Below are positions 26,844 to 39,084 of a stretch of DNA of 55,729 nucleotides, piece after piece. The stretch lies in NCBI GenBank assembly GCA_030167865.1, contig JALAGF010001111.1, forward strand, positions 1 to 55,729. The letters run 5' to 3'. Within the stretch, counting starts at the first letter, position 1. Each line of letters begins with the position of its first letter. This DNA comes from Craspedostauros australis (Eukaryota). Below the pieces are notes generated by a model. The model was not told the DNA's origin, searched no databases, and was given only the letters and a program-made list of their open reading frames with translations. A program made the translations under genes and the position numbers.

Positions 26844-27810
26844 GAAGCGTGTGTGCTATGCTTTGCTGTTGCTCGGCTTCAGTGATGGATGGAGAGAGAG
26901 AGAGAGAGTGGATGAGTCAACGAATGCGTGAACGAATGCGTGTACGTTCTCATTCACTGATTCATTGGTCCATTCGCCCGTGGACGTGACTGCAGACATG
27001 TTTCCATCGTCCGAAAGCAAGCCATTGCATCTATTACATTCGAAGTAGAACCAATACAATACTTGCTTTCAACATCGCGATCCTCTTCGTTTCTGGTTTT
27101 GCATTCAGGGTTTGTGCCAAGCAGACTCTTGTTGCATGTTGATGTGCGGTCGTATTTGGGGGTTCGACAGAACGGGCGCCCACGGCACGGAACCCTTTTG
27201 AGCAATCAACGGAGGTGATGTTCGGTGTTGGCACTCGTTCCCGTCACAACTCGTCTCCGAAGAGAGAAGTAGACGTGTGCTCTCTCTCTCTCTCCGAAGC
27301 CTATTGTTTGGAGCGATGCACAAGGATGAAACTATGAGTCTCCAAAGCAGTGGCACTTGCGACAACAGTTTCAGCAATGCACACGATGTCTAAGAGAGAG
27401 CAACGTAGAAGGAAGCACACCACACTGATCCTCCGCGCATGGCGTCAATCTTCCATTCAATTATTTGTGTCCACGCAACAAATCGATCCACAAAGACATC
27501 CATCCATCAATACTCGTGGAAATGTGCCGATTGACGCTTCGTTCTTGTTCTTGGTTTGCTGTTGTGTATGTTTTGTCTATATGGTTGTTGTTGATGTTGT
27601 TCTGTTCTTGTCCCAGCTTTTACATATGCACATCAGCAGGCGCTGTTGATGCGATCCAGTTCCTACAATCATTCATTCATTCATTCGTCCATAGAGTATT
27701 TCAATCGATCAATCAATCATGGAGGCGGATAGACAAACGCCGAGATTCAAAGGGTATCCGAAAGGGTGCAAGGACGGATGATGGATCGCAGCCAACAAAC
27801 GGCCAGAAGC

Positions 27811-29186
27811 TTAGACGTATGGGAATGGTCCCTGGGTCAGGACGGCCTGTGTGACCATACCACTGAAGGCGAGCATGGCAAGTCGGCAGTGGGTGATTTC
27901 CTTAAGCTTCATCTCGTTGACCTCTTCCTCGGACTTGCCGGAAAGGAAGCCGATTGGGTCCAGGCCGAAGTCACCTGGCTCACGTCCGGATCCTTCCATC
28001 ATCTGGATGACAGCGACTGTGCTGAGTGCCTCGAGGAGGCCGGTCCAGAGGAAGATCTGTCCCATGGCGCCGTACTCGACGAGGGCGTCGTGGGCTGTGA
28101 CGGAGGTAAGTCCCTCGTAGGCCTCTGGTGTTGGGTAGATTCGGAAGCCAAGATCGACGGCGGCGAATCCGACGAGGGCCAGCTGGCAGATACGTCCGTG
28201 CTTGAGCTCGGCCTCGCGGAGGAAGTCGACTGGGACGAAGTCGGAGAAGCGGAATGGGTCGAATCCGACATCGCCGACGTATCCAGCCAGATTTGGTGGG
28301 TACTCCAGGAATGGCATGGACGGGCTGGCAACGTAGGCTGGAGCCTCTGGCGCAGCATCCTCAGCGGCGGCATCGGCGTGGACGGAAGTCACGCGACGGG
28401 CTTTTGGACGTCAACGTTGATGTGAGTGTGAATGGTGTGGATGCGTGTTCGCCGCGGTGAACGGTGGAATGAACAAGAGGAATGGTAGAGAGGGTTGTTA
28501 GCTGAAAGCTCAGGGGATAAAGAGAGAAGGTACACGCGTAGCCTTGGCAAACAAGCTGGTATGCTGAAGCTGAGCCACATCAAGCGAAGTCGATGCCGAT
28601 TGCGAACTTGAGACGGATCTGAGCTGTGCCGGCCATCAACCGTCAATCAGAACAGTTCTAGCCGATAGTTGACCCCGTACGACTATGGTGACCATGGTAG
28701 CGATGACCCCCAATGACAGTGTCCACATCCACCGACGTCCAGAAGTGTCAAGTCACTTGTTGGGGGCAAAGGACAGGCCACGGTGAGTGTGCCTGAATCT
28801 GCTTGTCGGTGATCGATCGGCAAGTCCAGGGGCTTCTCTTTTGGTGCTTTGAAGACCATCACCATCAGGATCGCCACCAAGACCCTCTGTCACCTCGTCA
28901 ACTTGGAATACGCGGCATGAGCCATTGTATTCAAAGGTGATTTTGTGCAGGAGCGATCCTGGCTCCATCGTCGATGTCTCCATGAGTGGCCACCACATGA
29001 GAGCCGCCACACGAGAGCCGCCATCACCAGGAGTCATCGTGGCCGAACCCCATCTTCACACCGCAATGTCCAACCCAACCAGATCTCCATCTCGAGCTAT
29101 CACATCGCAAACATACCACTGAAGGTGGCCGGGGCAAAGGCCGAAGCCGATGCGAGGAGGGAAGCGATGGCAACTGTCTTGATCAT
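27811..29186 (-). CDS. Light-harvesting fucoxanthin-chlorophyll a/c protein, Lhcr-type (2 exons: 29186-29117, 28400-27811; ~219 aa)
   Basis: MIKTVAIASLLASASA-FAP presequence in exon 1. 716-nt GTATGT..AAAAG intron. Motifs GFDPF, REAELKHGRICQLA, PGDFGLDP, KEITHCRLAMLAFSG. Confidence 0.93.
28819..28956 (+). pseudogene. Decayed RRM-like (RNP1 onward) fragment, antisense within the Lhcr intron
   Basis: Frame reads GKSRGFSFGALKTITIRIATKTLCHLVNLEYAA*AIVFKGDFVQER, resembling the RRM consensus GKSRGFGFV..F.....A..A...LNG.E..GR.I.VDFAQ. In-frame TGA at 28918. Confidence 0.4.
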
Positions 29187-30418
29187 CGTGTCGTGTCGAT
29201 TGGATCGTCTTGTTTTGGGCGCTTGGTGCTGTGATTTGGTTTTGCTTCCTCTCGCCCACGGAGCCGCCTATCTCGCCCTGGTTGCCACAACCATTGCCGT
29301 TCTCTTGTTGCTTGCCTCTCGATCCAACACAGAGCGAAGAACACAAATCACAAAATCGCTGTCTCTTGCGTTGATTTGTCTCGTACGGCTACGTAGGATC
29401 AGTACAAACCACTTGAAGGTAAAGATCGGGCTTTCGCATGTCGAGTCGCATTAGTCAAAATCGGTCCAACAATTTTTCGTGCAGTTTTGATCTCTTGGGA
29501 ACCCAAACCCAACACAAGACAAGACAACACAACTCACCACAAGGCGACGCAAGGCAACGCAAAAGGAAGTGATCTCTTTCTCTCCTCTCCATCTCAGATC
29601 CGGCTCCATCCAAAGAGTACCAATACCAATAGGTCCACACAGAGATCGTCGGTCAACATTATGAATTCATACGGGGACGTACGATGAAGCATCGTTGACT
29701 GCTCTTCTCTATTGAAGAATTGCTGCAGAACAAACCAACCAAAGTTCTCTACTCTGTTTTCCTTGGTTTATGTACAAGGATGCGTAAGTTGCTTCGAAGC
29801 GAATGACACGGTCTACTCCTATGTCAGATGGGGGGGGGTGTAAGGTGAACCTGATAGTTTTCCCTACTATTTCATCGATTACAATACATCATAGAATAGA
29901 TACATTGGCTGCGAGCTTCGGTTGGACACTCCCACCAAGTGCTCAATCTCACAGCACCAACGAAACCCCAAGAGAGTCTCCAAATCTCCAACGCAAGCTT
30001 CCTTTCGTTCATAGCCTTCCATGACTCACTCGTGTTCCAACCATGACGTCACCAATGATGCAACGAACCAAACGTGTCTCGCGTGTCCGCCATCCGTGTG
30101 TTTTGACACAGGTTTGGCCGAAACGGGCGTTGTTGGTTGACGGACAGACTGCTATTTGACTGTCCTGTTTGTGTTTGGAGACCAACCAAGAACAAAAAGA
30201 GACACATGTCCGCACCAAGAGTCCATCGACCAGTCCACACCCATCAAATCTGTCATCCAACAAGAGTGCCTGCATCCATCATTCATCATACCATCTCCCA
30301 CAGAGATCCTTGTGTCGGCCACGATACATTACCATTGGAGCATCACCATTTCATCATCAACAACAGTGGCACAAGCAGCAAAAACAGAGCAGAGTAGCGG
30401 AGAAGAAGTGTGCGAAGC

Positions 30419-33400
30419 ATGATCGTGCATTACTACAGAAAGACGGAGCCGTCTCATTCGCTCCTGCCTTCGACGAAGGATCAGCTCAAATCCATCGGCC
30501 TTTCCGAAGATGCGGACAAGATCCAGTCCATCGAAACCGAGAGCTGCTTCAACGTCCTCAAGGACTCCGAACTCACGGACGTCCAGAAGCAGCGTCTCGA
30601 ATGGTTGCTGGCGGAGACCTTTGACAAGGGCAATCTGCGATACGAAAAGAGCGCCTTCGATGAGTCGCCAGTGGCGGATGGCGCTGCGTCTTGGTTGGTG
30701 GAGTTCGGCCCCCGAATGACCTTCACCTCGGCCTTCTCCTCCAATGCCGTCAGCATCTGCAAGCATTGCGCCTTGCCCGTCGCACGGTTGGAGCTGTCGC
30801 GTCGGTACCGGTTCATCCTCACCAAAGATCTCAGCGCGGAAGCTACACGTGCCATCAAGGCCATGCTGCATGACCGCATGACGGAGGAGGAGTACGAATC
30901 CGCCCTCACCACCTTTGACAGCGGTGCCAAACCAGAACCCGTCGTCACTGTGCCCATCATGACGGGAGGTCGCGAGGCGCTCGAGAAGATCAACAACGAA
31001 CGCGGGTTGGGCTTCGATGATTTCGATTTGGATTATTACACCAAACTGTTCAAAGTAAGCGAACACAGCAGTGACAGCGGCGTCGTTCACAGGGATGTCA
31101 AAGGTTCTGACATCGCCGATGACAATGAGACTGATTGTTTCAGTCGCATACTTGTCACTTTGTGAAGACAACCACCACATCAGTCTTGTTTTTCATATCC
31201 AACAAGAGGTGCAAGGTGTATGGCATTGGCCTGCCACGGAATCACTTTGTGCAAAAATCTCCAAAGCAACCTCAAAATCTCACACAAACCTATTGCGACC
31301 GTAATTGCGATTGTTCTACCATACCATGCTCCACCGTGTTATGCCATGCCTTGCGCAAATCTAACGCGAACATCAGGAAAAACTCGGAAGGGATCCCACC
31401 GACGTCGAGTGCTTTGACATGGGACAAAGCAATTCCGAACACTCTCGCCATTGGTTCTTCGGTGGAAAGATGGTGATTGACGGAGAGGAGAAGGAGGAGA
31501 CCTTGTTCAAGATGGTCAAGGCGACATTGCCAGAAGGCGTTCCCAACAACTCCATCATCGCCTTCCACGACAACTCTTCGTCCATCCGTGGGTACGAATG
31601 CGACAATCTCCGCCCATCCAACGTCACGAAGGCCGGGCCAGTCGAGGTTGGCAAGCAAACCTTGCACCCAATTCTCACAGCCGAAACGCACAACTTCCCA
31701 TCCGGTGTGGCACCATTCCCTGGTGCAGAAACCGGTACGGGAGGCCGTCTGCGTGATGTCATGGCCACGGGACGTGGAGCCTACCCAGTTGCGGGCGTGA
31801 GTTCGTACTGCGTCGGAAATCTTCAAATCCCAGGATACGAACTGCCGTGGGAGGACAAGAACTTCGTGTACCCCAGCAACCTGGCATCGCCGTTGGATAT
31901 CGAGATCAAGGCCAGTGACGGCGCGTCCGATTACGGCAACAAGTACGGTGAACCGGTCGTCCATGGTTTCACCCGATCCTTCGGACAGCGACTTCCAAAC
32001 GGAGAGCGGTACGAATGGGTCAAGCCCATCATGTTCTCCGCTGGAGTCGGTCAGATGGATTCCAGATTCGCAGACAAGGGAGACCCGGAAAAGGGCATGC
32101 TCGTCGTCAAGATCGGAGGACCATGCTACAGGATCGGAATCGGCGGTGGAGCTGCCTCGTCTCGCGTGCAGAGCGCGGAGAACGCTGCCTTGGACTTTGA
32201 TGCCGTCCAACGTGGCGATGCCGAGATGGAGAATCGTTTGAACCGTCTCATGAGAGCCTGTTGCGATCTCGGTGACAACAACCCAATCATCTCCGTCCAC
32301 GATCAAGGAGCAGGCGGAAACGGCAATGTCCTGAAGGAACTCGTCGAACCGGCCGGTGCCAAGTACGATATCCGAAACGTAAGTGGGTTTGTGTGTGTAT
32401 GAATACGTGCAAGCATGGATTATTTGATGGCATCGTCAGTCGACTGCAACCCATGCATTCTGGAAACTGACAAATACAATACATTGTCTCGTCACTGTTG
32501 TCGTTGTCTTGTCTTGTCGCATTTCCACTTCGATTTGTGCCAAATGATACTGTATGATTGCACATACCACACATCATGCGATTCTGTGTCATTCCGTGTC
32601 ATACTACAACGCCTTTCCTTGTTGCCGGTTTTGTCAACTTCGGACACTGCCTACATGCATGTGTTTGCATCCTCAACATGGTCGTGCAGGCATTCCTGGG
32701 TGATGACACACTTTCGGTGCTTGAGATCTGGGGTGCAGAGTTCCAAGAGAACAACGGACTACTCATCAAGGCAGAGAGCAAGGAGGTCTTCGACCAGATG
32801 GCCAAGAGAGAGAACTGCCCGTACTACATCATGGGAGAAGTCACTGGCGATGGCCGTGTTGTCGTCGACGACTCGAAAGATGGCACCACGCCTGTCGATC
32901 TGCCGTTGGAGCTCGTGCTGGGCAAGATGCCACAAAAGACATTCGTGGATGATCATCAGGAGATGAAGCTGGAGCCTCTGTCCTTGCCAGATGGCACGAC
33001 CGTTGCCAGCGCCGTCGACCGTGTCCTGCGACTTCTGTCTGTTGGATCCAAGCGATTCTTGGTCCACAAGGTCGACAGATCCGTCACTGGGCTGTGCGCC
33101 CAACAGCAGTGCGTGGGGGCACTCCAGCTCCCCCTTTCCAACGTGGGCGTGACTGCCCATACGCACTTTGGCATCACGGGAACTGCCGTCGCGTGTGGCG
33201 AGCAGCCAATCAAGGGACTGGTCGACTCGGCTGCGATGGCCAGGATGACTGTGGCAGAAGCCATGACAAACATTATCTGGGCCAAGCTGTCAAAGATCGA
33301 AGACATCAAGGCCAGCGGCAACTGGATGTACGCCGCCAAGCTGCCAGGTGAAGGTGCCAAGATGTGGGACGCGTGTCAAGCACTGCGCGACTCCTTCCTC

Positions 33401-34993
33401 GCACTCGGCATCGGCATTGATGGTGGCAAGGACTCCCTGTCCATGGCAGCACGATGTGGCGAGGAGATCGTGAAGGCCCCAGGTGAGCTCACCGTGACGT
33501 GCTACTGCACATGCCCAGACATCACCAAGACCATCACGCCAGACCTGAAGTGCCCATCTTCCGACTCGAAGCTCGTCTTCATTGATCTCGGAGGAGGCAA
33601 GAATCGTCTCGGTGGATCCGCCCTCGCTCAGGTGTACGGCCAGATCGGAAACGACTCTCCAGATATCGAGGACTTTGCCACTTTCAAGAGCGCCATGGTT
33701 GTCACCCAGCAGCTCATCGACAGCAAGACGATCCTCGCAGGCCATGACAGGTCCGATGGTGGGCTTGTCGTTGCGCTCATGGAGATGGCATTCGCCGGAA
33801 ACTGCTCCATCGACGTGGTTGTTCCTGGAACAGGCAGCGACATCGATGTGCTCTTCAACGAAGAGGCAGGCTTGATCATCGAGGTGGCAACGGATGCTGC
33901 AGCCGGTGTGATCAAGTCGTACGTCGATGCAGGTGTTTCGGCTGTTGATATTGGAAGCGTAGCTGCAGGCGACTCCATCAAGATCGCCGTCGGCGCAGCC
34001 GCGCCATGTATCGACGACAAGATGACCGTCCTGCGAGATGTGTGGGAGGCAACCAGCTTCCAGCTCGAGAAGCGCCAGAGGAATCCAAAGTGCGTGGCAC
34101 AGGAAGAGGCAGGTTTGAAGGTTCGCAAGGCACCAGAATGGAAGCTCACCTACGCTCCGGCACCAACCGCAGAGAGCGTCATGAGCTCTACCGACAAGCA
34201 CAAGGTCGCCGTGCTGCGACAGGAGGGAAGCAACGGAGATCGCGAGATGATCTCTGCCTTCATTTCGGCCGGATTCGACGTCTGGGATGTGACGGTGAGC
34301 GATCTTCTGGCAGGCAACGTGACGCTGGACATGTTCCGTGGCCTCATCTTCGTCGGTGGATTCTCCTTCGCCGATGTGCTCGACAGTGGCAAGGGCTGGG
34401 CTGGCGTCATCAAGTTCAACGATGACGTGTACAAGCAGTTCCAAAATTTCCGCAAGCGACCAGACACCTTCAGCTTGGGCATCTGCAACGGATGTCAGCT
34501 CATGGCCCTGCTGGGATGGATCCCGTCGGTCGATGGACTTCCAGAAGACCAGCAACCACGCTTGCTGCACAACGACAGCGGCAAGTTCGAGAGTCGCTTC
34601 AGCAGCGTCCAGATCCAGGCAAGTCCCGCCATCATGTTCAAGGGTATGGAGGAATCGTCACTAGGCGTGTGGGTGGCACACGGAGAGGGTCGGTTCTACT
34701 TCCCCGATGACTCCATCCACAAGATGTGCGAGGACAAGAAGCTGGTGGCCGTCCGATACGTGAACGACAGCAACGAGGTGACGGAGGAGTACCCGTTCAA
34801 CCCGAACGGCAGCCCCGGAGGAATCGCAGCGCTGTGTTCCGACGACGGTCGTCACCTAGCCATGATGCCACATCCAGAACGCGTCTTCACGACATGGCAA
34901 TATCCGTGGATGCCATCCGAGTGGTCCGATCTCAAGGCAGGACCATGGTTGCAGATGTTCCAGAACGCTCGGTCTTTCTGCGATGGCAAGTAA
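30419..34993 (+). CDS. ADE6: Phosphoribosylformylglycinamidine (FGAM) synthase, large single-chain PurL/ADE6 (3 exons: 30419-31054, 31377-32378, 32690-34993; ~1313 aa)
   Basis: EFGPRMTF, QSNSEHSRHWFF, AETHNFP, GAETGTGGRLRD, FDAVQRGDAEME, HDQGAGG, GGKDSLSM, glutaminase LGICNGCQL, VAHGEGRF, MMPHPER. Both introns are GTAAG..CAG, phase 0. Confidence 0.97.
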
Positions 34994-36366
34994 AATGCTC
35001 TCTCTCTCTCTCTTTCTCTCTTGAGAGGAGAGAGGGAGAGCAAGGCAGCCACAAGTACTCGCACACATGCATGTGCTGCATTGACCCAGCCCACTTGCAG
35101 CATACGAGTATGAGCATGAATTAACACCCAGTCAACATGCCAAGCAGCCGAGTCGACTTGCATGTTCGCAGTCATCCACTTCCTGACATGCCACCTATTA
35201 TAGTCTGCTGTACCAGAGCGCCCCATGGCAGGATGTTAAGAATACAGAATAAACAAGAACCAGAGATACTACACTCTACCAAGTATAGTACACAGTGCAC
35301 TCTGCTGAGTTCAATGCATCTCTTGCGAGGGGTGGTGGCAGCCTCAGACACTTGCATCCCCGGAGAAGACAGAGCGCCGCACTCCAACTCGCAACGGCGA
35401 AGGAATGGCTTCCAAACATACGAATGGAGCTCCGTGGGAGACCATCGCTGCCGGAGACAATCTTGTAGAGGACGAGTGAACGGCTTCGCTTCACTTTGGT
35501 TCGTTTGATGGTGATGTGGCAACCCATCGATCGGCATCATCATGCAAGGAGGCGAACAATGTTTGGAATGCGATGAGATAGCACGATGAGAGGTGTCATA
35601 CAAGTCTGGAAGGCTGCTCTTTTTACGAAAGAATGGGAAAGAAAATAGCGCCTCGCACTCTCAACGAACGTGTGTCAGGGGAACTATGAAGCACCATTCC
35701 GTTCGCCATCACATCATCACACAAGACACAGAGCAAACCAGGGAACGAGCAAAAAAGAGCGAAGGAAAGAGCGGAAGTGACGAGAAGGACCGTGTTCGTG
35801 CGGACTGCTCAAAAAGAAGCGAACATTTTTGGTTCGAAACAGTGGCGATGGCTGCCGACCACGAGGCGTTCTTGTGACACAAGGGAAGGTCCGCCTGGCT
35901 GGGGTGTGACACGCAGCTGCGTGCTCCCACATGTTTCATTCCCATAAAACGACTGGTGCCCGCCTCGCAAATTTCGGGAGGAGATGCCGACAAACTTGTT
36001 TTGCAATTATTCATTCCCGTGTGTTCCAAGAATGCGTCCATGAACGGATAGGAGATCCTAAGTGGATGAGCAATCTGGCGAAACTTGAAAAGGTGCCAGT
36101 CTTGTAAGCCGATCACAAATTTCCTGGCCTTCCTCTGAGTTTCACAGAGCCGAGGTTTTTCCTTTCGGACATAAAGTTGGGGTTGTGGAGTTGTCATACG
36201 AAAAAGGAGGATCAGAGACCAGAAGAGAGTATTGACCATCGTTGACTATCGTTCATCACCATTCACCACCATTCATCGCCATCGAGTTCCAGCAAGACCA
36301 TCGACACCACCATCGACCTTACCAACCACCACAACAAATCCTCACAGATATTGTACACTGGAGACC

Positions 36367-37620
36367 ATGTTGAAGCTCACGATGAACCCACGCAAACGCT
36401 CCAGGCGCTCAAGGCACGGCGCCAACGACAGACGGAGTAAGCAGCCGACGAGATACAGCGCGCGAGTGGAGGGGGGACACCACAGCGGCCACCATGCTCA
36501 TGCTCAAGGTCAAGGTCAAGGTCATGCTCAAGGCTACGGCCATGGCAACAGCATGATGATCGTGGACGACGAGAGCGACATGAGCAGCCGCAACGCCGCA
36601 GCCAACGCAGAAGCCAGCAGCGTGCAGGAGCAAAAGAGGATGCTGGCAGACAACATCGCCGTGATGCTGAAGCAGGAGAAATCGGGGGCATACTCCTGCG
36701 TCGACTACTTGTCCATGACGGCATGGCAGCACAACGTCTACGACCTGCTCAAGAAGCAGCTTCAGCACAACGCGCAGGGGGAGTCGCGGCTGGATGAGTA
36801 CTGCCGGGAGCAGATCGTGGAGTGGTCCTTCCGTGTTGTGGACTACTTCCGCATCGACCGCGAGATCGTGGCTGTGTCTCTCAACCTCCTGGACCGCTTC
36901 CTCGCCACCTGCCGCTGCGACAGGACCACCTTCAAGCTGGCGGCCACCACGACCCTCAACCTCGCCGTCAAGCTGCTCCATCCCTGCAAGCTGGGGGAGC
37001 TGGGGATACTCAGCGACTTGTCTCGGGGGGAGTTCGACATGAAGGACGTCGCGGAGATGGAGGCGCACGTCCTGCGCGCGTTGAATTGGAACCTGCATCC
37101 GCCCACGGTGGCCGCCTTCTCCATGCTGCTGCTGGACTACGCCTTCGCCGACCGCTCCATCCGCATGTCGCCCGTCGACGTCGACGATCTCTACGACATC
37201 GCGTCCTTCTTCACGGAGCTGGCCATCTGCGACTACTACTTCCTGGCCGCGACGCCCAGCCAGATAGCCCTTGCCTGCGTGCTCAACGCGCTCGAGGGCA
37301 TGTTCGGTCACGACAACACGTCGGACCACCACTTCGTGCGCATCGCGCATTCCATCGGCATGGACGCCGGAGGCGAGCTCTTCGCCTACCGACACCGTCT
37401 GTGGCAGCTCTACGAGCGAAGCGAGGAGTGCGCTTTGCACAACACCTACGATCCCATCGAGGACGACAGGGTGGCCCACAGCACCAACTTCGTCAAGCAG
37501 ACGAGCCCGGCTGGAACGTCTCCAGTCGGCGTGGTCACTGCCACCAGAAACACGGTCTCGCCATCCAATGAGTTTGCCAATACCATGCACTCCGCTTCGG
37601 TACGGAACGGATCATGGTGA
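36367..37620 (+). CDS. Cyclin (cyclin N-box), diatom-specific cyclin (dsCYC)-like; 417 aa
   Basis: YCREQIVEWSFRVVDYFRIDREIVAVSLNLLDRFL, FKLAATTTLNLAVKL, LSRGEF..DVAEMEAHVLRALNWNLHPPT, FTELAICDYYF, PSQIALACVLNA. Confidence 0.9.
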   Translation: MLKLTMNPRKRSRRSRHGANDRRSKQPTRYSARVEGGHHSGHHAHAQGQGQGHAQGYGHGNSMMIVDDESDMSSRNAAANAEASSVQEQKRMLADNIAVMLKQEKSGAYSCVDYLSMTAWQHNVYDLLKKQLQHNAQGESRLDEYCREQIVEWSFRVVDYFRIDREIVAVSLNLLDRFLATCRCDRTTFKLAATTTLNLAVKLLHPCKLGELGILSDLSRGEFDMKDVAEMEAHVLRALNWNLHPPTVAAFSMLLLDYAFADRSIRMSPVDVDDLYDIASFFTELAICDYYFLAATPSQIALACVLNALEGMFGHDNTSDHHFVRIAHSIGMDAGGELFAYRHRLWQLYERSEECALHNTYDPIEDDRVAHSTNFVKQTSPAGTSPVGVVTATRNTVSPSNEFANTMHSASVRNGSW

Positions 37621-39084
37621 TCGTTGCGACACCTCTGAACTCGGCTACAACAACATCAACAACACCAACAACATCAGCATCAACTCATGCAGTTCATGCT
37701 TGCATGCAACACTGCGTTGAACCTCTCACCTTCCAACCAGCGACTATGATGATCCTAATGTTGGGGCACAGCGTCCACGATACAATGAAGTGAACTTCAC
37801 ATCCATGCATGCATGTATCTATCTATCGTTCAACGCCCAACAATCGTCTGCTGATGATCACATCAGCACGCGGTCAGGTCAATCAACCAATCATTTGATC
37901 AGACGATCAACCGATCAAGCAAACATTATACTCTATACCTCCGCGCGCAAAAACGCAACGAAACCCAACCAATGTACACTATTCTACTTGCCCGATGCAG
38001 CAACGCAATCAGACAAGATGACGGCTGCCGATGCCATCGCCACCGGCGCCGCTAATACATTACTCCTAAACTCCAAATTAACAGAGCATAGATGATAATT
38101 CAGAACCCAGCTTGCACATCCCACCATTCATTCATTCATTCATTCACAAACTAGAGTGCTCTGCGACCTACTATCATACAGGCAGGGACCAACCACACTC
38201 CCACCAACGTGCCCACACACATCACATCGCACCTTGGCTCGAATTCAAATCGTTCCCCCCACAAGTGTCCATCGTCACCTCTGCTGGCTTGCTTTTACAA
38301 GAGTCGATCGGAACTTGTCCCGCACGATCCAAGTCGTGCAAAAAATTGCGCCAGCATGTCCGTTTGTGACATGTGTGTGACAACCAGGATCATGTTGGTC
38401 ACAAAACTGTGGTCATTCGTTTTGATGGCGATCGCCACGATGAGATGCCGCGTCGGGAGGCATCATCATCGCGGCGAGATGTCGAGCGAATGGTGGATTG
38501 AGCGGGAGAGACAGGGATTTGGCGATGGTAATCGCTTTGTTGATGATGGACGATTGTTCACATGTTCCCCTCTTGGGGTGCACAAAGAGGTGCGCATTGC
38601 ACAGTTCCGGCAGGAACAACAACAACGGCAACGACGTCAAAACCAACAAGAGCCACTCTGCACTGACAAGAACAACATGTCAGGAAAGGACAACAGAGAT
38701 GCAGGAATCAGGAATGACATCGAACCCACCAACGGAAGATACTTTCTATTCTCTCCATCGGCTGGGTCGTTCTCCATTCCACCAATCTATTCTGCGACCT
38801 ATGAGCATGCATGACAGAGTACGATCTATGCATGGTAGAGTATGCACCAGATCAGACAGCCAGCGATGTTTGTGTTGTTCAGGTGCTCTGGTTATTTGGC
38901 TAATTTATGTAATCTACGCTACCTTCCTCCCTGCATCTAAAGTCTGCTCGAAATCGGTTTGCGATGGATGAAGTGAATGTCATGTATGGTATCATGATGT
39001 ATAGTATAATATGGAGCAGAGTAGAGGATGGTGCTCACGGAGCAGTGTCATTCCACTCGAAAGGGACTGTTTCGCGGAGTGCGC

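Noticed and set aside
33290..34570. 426-aa minus-strand ORF, and similar long antisense ORFs over RPA2, the cyclin, the PPR and RING genes
   Set aside because: These are antisense open frames caused by GC-rich codon usage in the real genes.
30419..34993. PurL as a possible bacterial horizontal transfer
   Set aside because: The large single-chain form is the normal eukaryotic type, it has spliceosomal introns, and its codon usage matches the host.
35709..36239. 176-aa minus-strand ORF upstream of the cyclin
   Set aside because: No motifs and atypical composition; probably promoter or 5'UTR sequence.
37746..37854. ATGATGA...CTGA resembling a C/D-box snoRNA
   Set aside because: There is no terminal stem or recognisable rRNA guide, and it lies in low-complexity 3' flank of the cyclin.
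38209..38971. 201-aa and 157-aa + strand ORFs between the cyclin and the TEX264-like gene
   Set aside because: Non-ATG starts, no recognisable domain and no coding-like codon bias.
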